Assembly (NCBI GenBank): GCA_050331735.1
Contig: JBHJGN010000063.1
Location: forward strand, 4,174 to 68,173
DNA length: 64,000 bases
Reading direction: 5' to 3'
From: Cyanophyceae cyanobacterium
GTDB taxonomy: Bacteria; Cyanobacteriota; Cyanobacteriia; Cyanobacteriales; JBHJGN01
The translations under genes were made by a program, and so were the position numbers. Under the pieces are notes generated by a model. It saw only the letters and a program-made list of their open reading frames with translations. It was not told where the DNA came from and searched no databases. Positions 18,709-27,934 of this stretch are shown here, piece by piece (the stretch's first letter is position 1; the number at the start of each line of letters is the position of its first letter).

Positions 18709-19392
18709 ATGGAACCGATGGTTGCTGTACGCCGCCTCCACCATGCGTTCGAGCAGGGAACGTTACGGAAGCCCGTACTCACTAACGTTGCCCTCAATCT
18801 TCACCCCGGGGAAGTCGTTATTCTCGAGGGACCGTCAGGAAGCGGCAAAACTACGCTGCTCACTCTGATCGGGGCCTTGCGTTCCCTACAGCAGGGGAGC
18901 TTAAAAATTTTTGGACAAGAGCTGTACAGAGCCACTAAACAACAGCAAATTCAGGTCCGCAAGCAAATTGGCTTTATTTTCCAGGCACATAATCTCCTCG
19001 AATGCCTCTGCGCCTGGGAAAACGTGAGTATGTCCCTCAAGCTGCACCCCATTCCTAAAAGCGAATATCGCCAGCGAGCGGTTGATCTGTTAGCTGCCGT
19101 CGGGCTGAAAAATTGGGCCGATACTTACCCTCACCAGCTCTCTGGAGGCCAAAAACAGCGAGTGGCGATCGCTCGTGCCTTGGTCAGCTACCCCAAGCTG
19201 GTTTTAGCAGACGAACCAACGGCTTCACTCGACCGGCAATCGGGACGAGATGTGGTCGAAATTATGCGGCGTTTAGCTAAAGAGGAGGGCTGTACAGTAT
19301 TACTTGTCACTCACGATCATCGCATTCTCGACGTTGCTGACCGCATCCTGCATATGGAAGATGGTCGCATCACCAAAAATATTGGCTTATAA
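18709..19392 (+). CDS. devA: DevA-family ABC exporter ATP-binding protein
   Basis: Walker A GPSGSGKTT, signature LSGGQKQR and Walker B LVLADEPT. The ATG at 18709 lies 2 nt after the devC stop, so the track start at 18640 would overlap devC. Confidence 0.9.
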   Translation: MEPMVAVRRLHHAFEQGTLRKPVLTNVALNLHPGEVVILEGPSGSGKTTLLTLIGALRSLQQGSLKIFGQELYRATKQQQIQVRKQIGFIFQAHNLLECLCAWENVSMSLKLHPIPKSEYRQRAVDLLAAVGLKNWADTYPHQLSGGQKQRVAIARALVSYPKLVLADEPTASLDRQSGRDVVEIMRRLAKEEGCTVLLVTHDHRILDVADRILHMEDGRITKNIGL

Positions 19393-19741
19393 ATTCAACG
19401 TCGGATCGGCAACCTTCTTTTACTCACATACCTTGCTTCAGTATTTTCCAAAATTCTACTTAAATGTGCTTTCACTAAGTTTTGGACAAGTTACTCTGAG
19501 CCAATCTAGAAATTTAAAACCATTTTTCTTGGAGAATTAGCATATTTAAGAAATAGCTAACGCAGACTTGCTTTTTAGCGTTCTGATAAAAATATGCCTA
19601 TTTTCAATTTCCTTTTTTCTATTTTGCCTACACTCTATTAGCCTCGTAACGCCGTAAAATGTCCGGGAGTTGCCAAAGTAGTTACAAAATTTGTGACTTG
19701 TTGTAAAGTAACAAAAAAAGCGTTTGGTGAGGCAATGAAAG

Positions 19742-20362
19742 ATGGTAGAGATGACTAGAGAAGAAATGCGGGACAGACTCGGTAATATCGAGCAAATTCG
19801 CACTCTATTGTTTGGTCGGCAGATTGAAGATTACGAACAGCGCTTCAGTCATTTTCAGCAGCACCTAGAAAAATTGGCAGGGACGCTCTCCGGCTTTGAG
19901 CAGGAAATGCGCGATCGCCTCGGCGAACTCCAAGAGTCACTGCGTTCGGAAACTCGCTCTACGGCAGACTCTTTAGAAAAAAAGCTTAAGTATCTCAGTC
20001 TGACGACTCATGAAGAAACCAGTAAGCTACAGCAAGAGATCGGACTAGTTGACCAAAAGCACACCTCTGAAATCGAGTCGTTACAGAGAATAGTCACCGA
20101 CCGAGCCAGTGCTTTGAGCAGCGAACTGCTGCAAACGCGGGAAAAACTAGAAGAGGATACTGAGGCGTTAAAAAAGCAGGTGTTTGCCGAGATAGAACAG
20201 CGCTTTGCGGATTTAGAAAACGCTAAGGTTGCTCGTGCTGATTTAGCCGAAGTGCTGTTTGAAATTTGCTTGAAAATCAAAGGAGCTGATTTTGTTCCTG
20301 ATCTTAAAGAAGCCGCCGAAAACATGCAAACCGACTTTATTTTGCCCGAACAACAAGAATAA
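19742..20362 (+). CDS. Coiled-coil hypothetical protein
   Basis: 206 aa, almost entirely heptad-type helix. It sits upstream of the OmpA/BON gene on the same strand. Confidence 0.5.
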   Translation: MVEMTREEMRDRLGNIEQIRTLLFGRQIEDYEQRFSHFQQHLEKLAGTLSGFEQEMRDRLGELQESLRSETRSTADSLEKKLKYLSLTTHEETSKLQQEIGLVDQKHTSEIESLQRIVTDRASALSSELLQTREKLEEDTEALKKQVFAEIEQRFADLENAKVARADLAEVLFEICLKIKGADFVPDLKEAAENMQTDFILPEQQE

Positions 20363-20550
20363 GCAGTCCTGAGATGTCATTCTTTAAGAGGCTCAACCTG
20401 AAAATATTGCTGCAATTTTTAAATTAGTGATTAGCGCTGACATGATTTCTGTCAAGCTGAGCAGTCAGGCACTAAGGACAAGTAAAACCGTGGTGGTTAA
20501 ACTGGGATGTCACCGAAAAGTATGTTTTTATGGGGTCAAAAGGTTAGCCC

Positions 20551-22755
20551 ATGAAGTCAGAACCAGAAAAGGATCAGAAGCGATCGCCTCAGTCCCAAGC
20601 AGAATCGGCTATTAATAACTTGGTTAATTTGTTAGCTGAGCTACAATCATCACCAAATCATCCGCTTGCTTCTCCACCGCCGCAAGCAGAAGAGTCTCTC
20701 AGGAGTCTACAGCAACTTTTAGGTCTAGAAGAACAAGAACCTCAGCAACGCTTTCCATCTCAAGAGGCTGCCCCCCGAGCTAATTCCCCTCAGAAGCCCG
20801 CTCAGGAGAAAGTTGCTAGCCCTAGTCAACAGCCATTGCAGAAGAAAGGACACGCGACTTCCTCTCCCCATCTGCTGGCCCCTCATCCTTCAGAAAAACT
20901 CGTCGCTCTTGAAGCAAGACTTACTGAGTTAGAAAAACAGGTTCGTCAACCAACAGAGCTGCTCGATCCGCTCATTCCCCTCATCGTGACGCTCCTTCAG
21001 GAGAAAGAAGAGAAAACTCGCCAAGAAATTTTGCGAGCTGTTGTGCCAGCCATTGATGAAGTGATTCGGCAGCGATATCAAGAGGAACCCCAAAAGCTTA
21101 GCGTCGCCATCGCTGCCACTCTCCCCCGAGCGATCGCTCATCAGATCGAGCAGCAGCCAGAAGAAATTGCCAACGCGATCGCTCCTGAAGTGGCGCTGTC
21201 GATTCGGGAACAGATTCGGCTCAACCCGGATGCAGTTTCTCAAGCCCTGGGGCCAGAAATGGGACGGGCGATTAAAGTGCAGATTGAACAAGAACGCGAT
21301 GCGATGGTCGATGCGCTTTACCCTGTCATCGGCAGCACCATCTCTAAATACATGGCGGATGTCGTGCAATCTATCAACCAACAGGTCGAATCGGCTCTTA
21401 GTATTCAGGGAATTAAACGAAAAATCCGCGCTAAGATTCAGGGGGTTTCCGAAGCCGAACTCATTCTGCAAGAATCGATTCAGTCTGAAGTGAAAGCGGC
21501 CTTTCTAATTCACAAAGCTTCAGGGTTCATCATTAGTCAGGCTTATCCTTCCTCTGACTCCCAACTATCAGCGGATATCATTGCTGGGATGCTCACGGCC
21601 ATTCGCAACTTTGTCAATGACTGTCTGGCGCGAACGGGCACCATCTCAGAGCTGAGCGAAATCGAGTATGGCGACTCTAAACTAGTCTTAGAAGTCGCCG
21701 GATATTGCTATCTCGCTGTCTTAGTTAGAGGTAATCTATCAAAACGACTGGCGAATCGGCTCCAGGAAACTCTCAGCACCATTGTGCTTAAGTGCGATCG
21801 CGCTATTCAAAGCTACGACGGTAACCCCGATACAGCACCGGAGCTAGCTCACTCCCTGCTCCAGCAGCTCGTCGAACCGGAGGAAGAAAAATCCCAGCCT
21901 CCGATTACCCTGATCGTCCTGCTCTTAGCTGTACTCAGCATCGTTCTGATTCCGGTTGGGATCGTTCAGTATCGCAGCCACGTTGCAAACCGCACCGAAC
22001 GCCAGGTTGCCGCTGCTCTGGATGCGTCACCGGAGCTATCTGTGTATCGCCTCACTCCTGAAGTGAGCCAAGGCCAGCTTATCCTGACTGGGCGAGTGCC
22101 CAGTCAAACACTTCAGGTTCAGGCTGAACAGGTCGCGCAGGCGATCGCTCCTGATTTAAAGCTAGACAACCGCATTATCCCCGTTGATGTTCCTCCCGAT
22201 CCGGTAGCCGTCGCCGCAGAGGTTGAGCGCACCACCCAACTGCTCAATCAGCGAGAGGGAACCGCTATTGCTAGCCGTTACCAAGACGGCGTGGTGACCG
22301 TCGAGGGCAGCGTTGCCGAGGCAGCAGAGGCAGCCAGAATCACCCAAGCCTTTGAGGCCATTCCCGGCGTTCGCTCCGTAATTACAACCGTACAGACTGA
22401 TTTGCCAGCGATTCAAACTAGAATTTACTTCGACTCCAATTCAGCTCAGCTCAGCGCCTCGGCTCTCGATAAACTAGCGTCCGTGCAACAATTTCTTCAA
22501 CAGCATCCAAACATTCATCTGAAAGTGATTGGCCACGCCGATGCTCAAGGACAGGCAGCGAGCAATCGGGGAATTGCCAGCGATCGCGCTCGGGCTGTAC
22601 AGCAATCGTTAGTAGAGCGAGGAGTGGCTACGGGTCGCCTACATTCTGAGGTTAGTACAGCATTCCCCCCAGGTGTTACCAGCAGTCAGCCTCTATGGAT
22701 GAGCCGCTGCGTACGCTTTGAGACGTTTTTGCCGGGACAAGCTTCCTCAAGCTAG
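20551..22755 (+). CDS. Multidomain envelope protein: P/Q-rich and helical N-region, Roadblock/LC7-like domain, TM helix, two BON domains, OmpA_C-like peptidoglycan-binding domain
   Basis: Roadblock-like segment: AAFLIHKASGFIISQAY...IIAGMLTAIRNFVND...IEYGDSKLVLEVAGYCYLAVLVRG. TM helix: PPITLIVLLLAVLSIVLIPVGIV. BON-like segments: LILTGRVPSQ...A and VVTVEGSVAE...IPGVRSV. OmpA_C-like segment: IYFDSNSAQL...VIGHADAQG....N..IASDRA..V. Confidence 0.7.
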   Translation: MKSEPEKDQKRSPQSQAESAINNLVNLLAELQSSPNHPLASPPPQAEESLRSLQQLLGLEEQEPQQRFPSQEAAPRANSPQKPAQEKVASPSQQPLQKKGHATSSPHLLAPHPSEKLVALEARLTELEKQVRQPTELLDPLIPLIVTLLQEKEEKTRQEILRAVVPAIDEVIRQRYQEEPQKLSVAIAATLPRAIAHQIEQQPEEIANAIAPEVALSIREQIRLNPDAVSQALGPEMGRAIKVQIEQERDAMVDALYPVIGSTISKYMADVVQSINQQVESALSIQGIKRKIRAKIQGVSEAELILQESIQSEVKAAFLIHKASGFIISQAYPSSDSQLSADIIAGMLTAIRNFVNDCLARTGTISELSEIEYGDSKLVLEVAGYCYLAVLVRGNLSKRLANRLQETLSTIVLKCDRAIQSYDGNPDTAPELAHSLLQQLVEPEEEKSQPPITLIVLLLAVLSIVLIPVGIVQYRSHVANRTERQVAAALDASPELSVYRLTPEVSQGQLILTGRVPSQTLQVQAEQVAQAIAPDLKLDNRIIPVDVPPDPVAVAAEVERTTQLLNQREGTAIASRYQDGVVTVEGSVAEAAEAARITQAFEAIPGVRSVITTVQTDLPAIQTRIYFDSNSAQLSASALDKLASVQQFLQQHPNIHLKVIGHADAQGQAASNRGIASDRARAVQQSLVERGVATGRLHSEVSTAFPPGVTSSQPLWMSRCVRFETFLPGQASSS

Positions 22756-23525
22756 GAATACTGGTAGCTTAGCACTCGAATCAACGGGCCATCGGCAGGC
22801 AGCTCTCCTTGAGTAAGCGTGAGGGTATCACCTCCCAATCTTTCCACCGGGATATTTTCTGTCGCGGCTAAAAACTCCTCCACCGGAGCCAAATCGCACG
22901 TCTCTTTGTTGGCCGCTTCGGTGAGATACTGGGTGGGAATGACAAGTTTCGGCTGGAGAACCTCCATAGCTTGCTGCGCCTCTTGGGGATTGTAATTTTT
23001 AGGGCCTCCCCCAACCGGAATCAACGCCAAATCGGGACTGCCCATGAGGATTTTCTGCTCCAGCTCTATCGGGGCAGCCGCACCCCCAAGATGAAGGATG
23101 TTGATTCCTCCCTGAGTCCAAAGCCAGACTACGTTAGTCCCGAAGCGTCGTCCGCCTTCGCGGTCGTGGGGAGTGGCAATACCCTGAAGCCTAATCCCCC
23201 CAAGAGAGAAAATTCCCGGCTCGTATAGCACTCTCGGGTTGCCTGGCAGTCCTTCTGCGGCTCCTTCGTCTAGTAGCCAACTGCTCACCAGGACTACATC
23301 GGCCTCGACCCGAGGCGGACGATACCCAGCAGTACAGCCTAGGGTCTGAAACGGGTTCACCAAAATGCGCAAGCCGTTTCCGGTAAATAGAAAGCTAGAG
23401 TGACCGAGCCACTGAACCGTGACCGCCCCTGGGGTTTGAGCGGAGGTATCGGAACTCATCCCAGCGGTGCCTAGGGCACTGAGAACGCTTGCCCCCGCAT
23501 ACTGCATTAACTTTCGACGTTTCAT
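22752..23525 (-). CDS. MBL-fold metallo-hydrolase with a Tat-type signal peptide
   Basis: The N-terminus is MKRRKLMQYAGASVLSALG and the body has a beta-lactamase-fold pattern. Confidence 0.65.
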   Translation of the reverse strand: MKRRKLMQYAGASVLSALGTAGMSSDTSAQTPGAVTVQWLGHSSFLFTGNGLRILVNPFQTLGCTAGYRPPRVEADVVLVSSWLLDEGAAEGLPGNPRVLYEPGIFSLGGIRLQGIATPHDREGGRRFGTNVVWLWTQGGINILHLGGAAAPIELEQKILMGSPDLALIPVGGGPKNYNPQEAQQAMEVLQPKLVIPTQYLTEAANKETCDLAPVEEFLAATENIPVERLGGDTLTLTQGELPADGPLIRVLSYQYS

Positions 23526-23534
23526 TATGCTCCT

Positions 23535-24140
23535 CTACGCCACTGCTGACTGTTTTAAAGACTTCAGGAAATTACGCAATAGCTGTTTTCCCAACGTTGT
23601 TAAAATACTTTCTGGATGAAACTGAACGCCCTGAACATGGGGATAGTCTCGATGACGAACGCCCATAATCGTGCCATCTTCTACCCACGCCGTAATCTCT
23701 AGCACTTTGGGGAGGCTAGAGCGCTCAATGGCTAGACTATGATAGCGCGTCGCCTGGAACGGTCTGTCTAACCCGGCAAAAACGCCTTTATGTTCGTGGT
23801 AAATTTCCGACGTCTTTCCATGCATCAACTCAGGAGACTGAACGACCTTGCCTCCATATACTTGACCAATTCCCTGATGCCCAAGGCAAACTCCCAGGAT
23901 GGGCAGGGCAGGTCCGAGCGTTTCAATCACTTCCAGAGACACCCCGGCATCCTCGGGGCGACCGGGACCAGGAGAAATTACAATGCCGTCCGGCTGAAGC
24001 TGGCGAATGGTTTCCGTCTCTATTTGGTCGTTCCGATAGACGCGAATTTCTGCTGCTTCTGGAAACTCCTCTCCCAGTTCTCCTAAGTACTGAACGAGAT
24101 TATAGGTAAAGCTGTCGTAGTTATCTATAACAATAATCAT
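23535..24140 (-). CDS. trpG: Anthranilate/aminodeoxychorismate synthase glutamine amidotransferase component II
   Basis: Contains MIIVIDNYDSFTYNLVQYLGELG, the catalytic GVCLGHQ, and HPES. Confidence 0.9.
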   Translation of the reverse strand: MIIVIDNYDSFTYNLVQYLGELGEEFPEAAEIRVYRNDQIETETIRQLQPDGIVISPGPGRPEDAGVSLEVIETLGPALPILGVCLGHQGIGQVYGGKVVQSPELMHGKTSEIYHEHKGVFAGLDRPFQATRYHSLAIERSSLPKVLEITAWVEDGTIMGVRHRDYPHVQGVQFHPESILTTLGKQLLRNFLKSLKQSAVA

Positions 24141-24218
24141 GTATCTCCCAGTAGCGCTATACCGCTAGAGAACCTAGATTTAGTATAGATAATGACGGGA
24201 TAGTTAATTACGGAACAC

Positions 24219-24713
24219 TTACATCATCGTAACCAGAGCCCAAAGCGGCGGCAATAGAATACAGCTTGCTACCAACACTGCTGCCACTGCCGCCACCAGC
24301 ACAGCCCCCGCTGCACAGTCCTTGGCAATCTTGGCAAGCTCATGATAAGTCTGCTTGACGGTGAGATCGACGACTGACTCGATGGCAGTATTCAATAGCT
24401 CCAGAACCATCACCAGAGCGCAGGTGATGATGATGGCTGTCATCTCTACAGAGGATATTTTGAGGAAAAAGCCAAGGCTGACCGCGAGAACAGCTACCCC
24501 GGTATGAACCCGAAAGTTTCGCTGGGTTGCAAAAGCATAGCGTACGCCAGCCCACGCAAATCGAAAACTGAGCAGAAGGTTCGGAGCAACCTGCCAAGCA
24601 CAGGAGCGTTTTGACTTGCTTGGCTTTTCGCCGCCGTAAGTAAGGAGGGGAATAACGGGAGAAGAAGCTTTAGCCTTCATAGAGCCAGTCATAATTGGAT
24701 TCGACACGATCAT
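24219..24713 (-). CDS. dgkA: Diacylglycerol kinase (prokaryotic DgkA type)
   Basis: Contains F.FAW.G....F.TQRNFR.H and three TM helices with E..NTAIE. The exact start is uncertain. Confidence 0.8.
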   Translation of the reverse strand: MIVSNPIMTGSMKAKASSPVIPLLTYGGEKPSKSKRSCAWQVAPNLLLSFRFAWAGVRYAFATQRNFRVHTGVAVLAVSLGFFLKISSVEMTAIIITCALVMVLELLNTAIESVVDLTVKQTYHELAKIAKDCAAGAVLVAAVAAVLVASCILLPPLWALVTMM

Positions 24714-24774
24714 CGCTAGCTAAGTTTAAATAATAATTAAGAATCTGTCGAATTTTATGTTCTTCTAAAAAGAA

Positions 24775-25284
24775 TTACACACATAGACTCACCTGCTGCA
24801 ATAAAGTTTCCTGCTGAGAGAGCATTGCCGCTAAGCTATTCTCATCCGGGTGATCCCAACCCAAAAGATGTAACAGGCCATGAGCTGTTAGCCAGGCCAG
24901 CTCTACTTGGAGAGCATGTTCCTGCTGCTGTGCCTGTTGCCATGCCGTCTCTACAGAAATGACGATATCTCCTAGATACAGGGGTTCAGCCGCTTGCTGA
25001 GGGAAAATTTGAGGAACGTCTACCTCTAAAGCCGCAAACGCGAGCACGTCAGTTGGAACATCTTGACCGCGATACTGAGCGTTAAGACTTTGCATGTCTC
25101 TATCGTCAGTAAGGCAGAGACTCAGCTCATAAGCCTCTGCTGAGGGAAGGTCTCGCTGCAACGTAGCCAGCCAGATGCGAATCCAAGTCTTCCAGTGAGA
25201 GGGCGCGATCTTCGCCTGAGGGCAAGCAGGCGGCCACTGCTCCTGAACATTGACCGTCACGACGGGGGCTGTGGGAGATGGCAT
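24775..25284 (-). CDS. ybeY: rRNA maturation endoribonuclease YbeY
   Basis: Contains the zinc motif HGLLHLLGWDH. Confidence 0.9.
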   Translation of the reverse strand: MPSPTAPVVTVNVQEQWPPACPQAKIAPSHWKTWIRIWLATLQRDLPSAEAYELSLCLTDDRDMQSLNAQYRGQDVPTDVLAFAALEVDVPQIFPQQAAEPLYLGDIVISVETAWQQAQQQEHALQVELAWLTAHGLLHLLGWDHPDENSLAAMLSQQETLLQQVSLCV

Positions 25285-25288
25285 GACT

Positions 25289-25468
25289 TTAGCGAGTCAG
25301 GTAAGAAATACCGATAAAAAAGGTCAGCAGACCGATAACGCTGAGGAAAAAGTGTTTGAGCGATGTACCGCGTTTCCGCACCATATTGCGCATCGCTAAT
25401 TTGACATAGCTTGGCTGCGGTTCAGCAGTGTTCTCAGTTTCGGCTTGAGGAGAGGAGGGATTGCTCAT
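25289..25468 (-). CDS. Small conserved cyanobacterial membrane protein (DUF3285-like)
   Basis: The 59-aa product is MSNPSSPQAETENTAEPQPSYVKLAMRNMVRKRGTSLKHFFLSVIGLLTFFIGISYLTR. Its stop lies 4 nt upstream of the ybeY start. It falls below the track cutoff, and the family name is from memory. Confidence 0.6.
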   Translation of the reverse strand: MSNPSSPQAETENTAEPQPSYVKLAMRNMVRKRGTSLKHFFLSVIGLLTFFIGISYLTR

Positions 25469-25642
25469 AACTAAATGCCTAATTAAGTGGTCTTTCCTTT
25501 CAATGTAACAATTTGTTGATAGTGCATTGTTGATGGCAATGAACTATCAAAGGTGAACTTTCTCAGCTTTCCTGACTCTGCGCGATCACGTTAATCAGTG
25601 TTAGCGTAGGAAAAATGGCGCTTATTTTTTGATCCTGGTTCG

Positions 25643-26695
25643 ATGAACAGAGTTGTTGTCGGCTTATCTGGTGGCGTTGACAGTTCTGTTGCCGCTGCTA
25701 CTCTTCACCATCAAGGCTATGACGTTGTTGGCCTGACCCTTTGGCTGATGAAGGGCAAAGGACAGTGCTGTTCAGAAGGCCTGGTCGATGCGGCGAGAAT
25801 TTGCGAACAGCTAGACATTCCGCATCACGTTGTGGATAGCCGCGACGTTTTTCAAGCCAATATTGTCGATTATTTAGTGTCTGGGTACGAAGCGGGCGTG
25901 ACTCCCTTACCTTGTTCGCAGTGCAACCGCACGGTTAAGTTTGGCCCGATGTTGCAGTATGCGCGAGAGGAATTGGGCAGAGACCAAATTGCGACGGGTC
26001 ACTATGCCCGCATTCACTATGATGCTGCCAGCGATCGCTATCAGCTCTGGCGAGCCGTAGACCGCAAAAAAGACCAGTCCTACTTTTTGTATGACCTTCC
26101 TCAAGAGCTGTTGGCCGGAACAATTTTTCCTCTTGGAGAGCAAACCAAAGAAGAAACGCGACGCATTGCCGCTGAATTTGGCCTCAAAACGGCGACGAAG
26201 CCAGAAAGTCAGGATCTATGCCTGATTGAGGCCCACGGCTCGATGCAGTCTTTTTTAGATCAGTACATTAGCCAGAAAGCAGGGGAAATTGTCGATCTCG
26301 ATGGCAACGTTTTGGGACACCATCAGGGGATTCATCACTACACCATCGGTCAGCGGAAGGGGCTAGGCATTGCCCATTCTGAACCGCTGTATGTCGTGAA
26401 GCTCGATCCGGTGATGAACCGGGTGGTGGTCGGCAACCGCACTAGTGGCGGACGCACCGAGTGCACCGCGAGCCGGACAAACTGGGTTTCTATTCCACAG
26501 CCGACCGCCCCCATTCGCGCTGAGGTACAGGTCCGCTATCGCGCTCGTCCCGTGCTAGCGAATGTGGTTCCCTTAGCAGGCGATCGCATCAAGCTCGTTT
26601 TTGACGAGCCGCAGTTTGGCGTAACTCCCGGACAAGCTGCCGTCTTCTACAGCGGCGAGCTGTTGCTCGGTGGCGGTATTATCGAGCGGGAATAA
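25643..26695 (+). CDS. mnmA: tRNA 2-thiouridine(34) synthase
   Basis: Contains the PP-loop GLSGGVDSS and catalytic cysteines. Length is 350 aa. Confidence 0.95.
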   Translation: MNRVVVGLSGGVDSSVAAATLHHQGYDVVGLTLWLMKGKGQCCSEGLVDAARICEQLDIPHHVVDSRDVFQANIVDYLVSGYEAGVTPLPCSQCNRTVKFGPMLQYAREELGRDQIATGHYARIHYDAASDRYQLWRAVDRKKDQSYFLYDLPQELLAGTIFPLGEQTKEETRRIAAEFGLKTATKPESQDLCLIEAHGSMQSFLDQYISQKAGEIVDLDGNVLGHHQGIHHYTIGQRKGLGIAHSEPLYVVKLDPVMNRVVVGNRTSGGRTECTASRTNWVSIPQPTAPIRAEVQVRYRARPVLANVVPLAGDRIKLVFDEPQFGVTPGQAAVFYSGELLLGGGIIERE

Positions 26696-26696
26696 A

Positions 26697-26856
26697 TCCC
26701 TCCGGGACGGGGAAAACTGTCGCGTTCGCGACGGGGAAGGGGGAAAGAGCACAGGGCAGAAAAAAGCTTCATCACTCCTCCTTCCCCTTTTCCCTGCGCC
26801 TAGGAGCGCTTTCCCTTTCCCCGTTGCGCAGCAACTTTCCCCTGCGCCACCGGCGC
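26697..26856. repeat. Element E5 (GGGGAAW arm / TTCCCC arm with five mini-hairpins)
   Basis: Contains tccc tcc ggga, gtcgcg tt cgcgac, gcgcc tagg agcgc, gttgc gca gcaac and gcgcc acc ggcgc. It begins 1 nt after the mnmA stop. Confidence 0.8.
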
Positions 26857-26942
26857 TAGCATTTGTAATAATGCTTACTATCTGCCTACGATAAATTCGG
26901 TATTGTCAATTCAATCATGAAAAAATGACATATTAAAAAACG

Positions 26943-27920
26943 ATGCGCATTGAGCAGTTGCAGGCTTTTTTGGCTGTAGCGGAGGTTGCTAGCTTTGGGC
27001 AGGCAGCCCGAAAATGTAACGTTACCCAATCAACAATTAGTCGCCAGATCCAGGCTCTAGAAAGCGACTTGGGGCTACCGCTGTTTCATCGCACCTCCCA
27101 GGCTAAGCTAACGGTGGGTGGCGAACAACTGCTGCCGAGGGCACGTAAAATCTGCCAGGAATGGGAGAATGCGACGAAAGAAATTGCTGACTTGCGCTCC
27201 GGGAAACAGCCGGAACTTTGTGTAGCGGCGATTCATTCGGTCTGCGCTCACTATTTGCCTGCTGTTTTGCGAAAATTCTGCCGCGCTTACCCGGAAGTTC
27301 AATTGCGCGTCACGGCCCTAGGAAGCGATCGCGCTCTGAAGGTTCTGCGGGACGGCCTGGTGGATGTGGCCGTGGTGATGAATAATCGCTTTCTCACCGC
27401 CAGCGCTGATATGGTTCTCGATGTACTCTATGAAGAACCCGTGGAAGTGCTGATGGCAGCCGATCACCCGCTAGCAGCTTATGACGAGGTTCCCTGGGCA
27501 AATTTGGTGCGCTATCCGCAAGTGGTGTTTAAAGACGGCTATGGCATGCAGCGCCTCATTCAGGAGTGGTTTACTCGTCAGAATGCGGCGCTACAGGTGG
27601 TCATGGAGCTAAATACCCTCGATGCCTTTCGGGGAGTGGTGCGTCAAGGAGAACTGATTGCCCTCTTGCCGCACTCAGCCCTGCTAGAAGCAGAGAACGA
27701 TCCGACTCTAGCCGTTCGTTCGCTGGCTCACGATGACGATGACGGGGGGGCTGTAGGGGGCAGCAATAGCTTAACTCGCCAAGTTGTTTTAGTAACAACC
27801 AGCGATCGCCTACTGATTCCGCCCATTGCCCATTTTTGTGAGTTAGTCAAACAGAAGCTGAAGCGACCAGCTCAACTCTGTGCGCCTCGACTTGCCGTCA
27901 GCCCAACGTCAGTTCTGTAG
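26943..27920 (+). CDS. LysR-family transcriptional regulator
   Basis: N-terminal HTH (FLAVAEVASFGQAARKCNVTQSTISRQIQALE) plus a LysR substrate-binding domain. Confidence 0.9.
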   Translation: MRIEQLQAFLAVAEVASFGQAARKCNVTQSTISRQIQALESDLGLPLFHRTSQAKLTVGGEQLLPRARKICQEWENATKEIADLRSGKQPELCVAAIHSVCAHYLPAVLRKFCRAYPEVQLRVTALGSDRALKVLRDGLVDVAVVMNNRFLTASADMVLDVLYEEPVEVLMAADHPLAAYDEVPWANLVRYPQVVFKDGYGMQRLIQEWFTRQNAALQVVMELNTLDAFRGVVRQGELIALLPHSALLEAENDPTLAVRSLAHDDDDGGAVGGSNSLTRQVVLVTTSDRLLIPPIAHFCELVKQKLKRPAQLCAPRLAVSPTSVL

Positions 27921-27934
27921 CCGAAACACGATTT

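Noticed and set aside
19681-19712. GTTACAAAatTTGTGACTtgTTGTAAAGTAAC, which resembles an HLR1 (RpaB-binding) direct repeat
   Set aside because: Only one half-site matches (G/T)TTACA(A/T)(A/T) well and the second is degenerate. This is too weak without a genome-wide matrix.
7411-26856. The possibility that the GGGGAA-containing repeats form a CRISPR array
   Set aside because: There is no regular repeat-spacer periodicity, the copies are kilobases apart in separate intergenic regions, and no cas genes are present.
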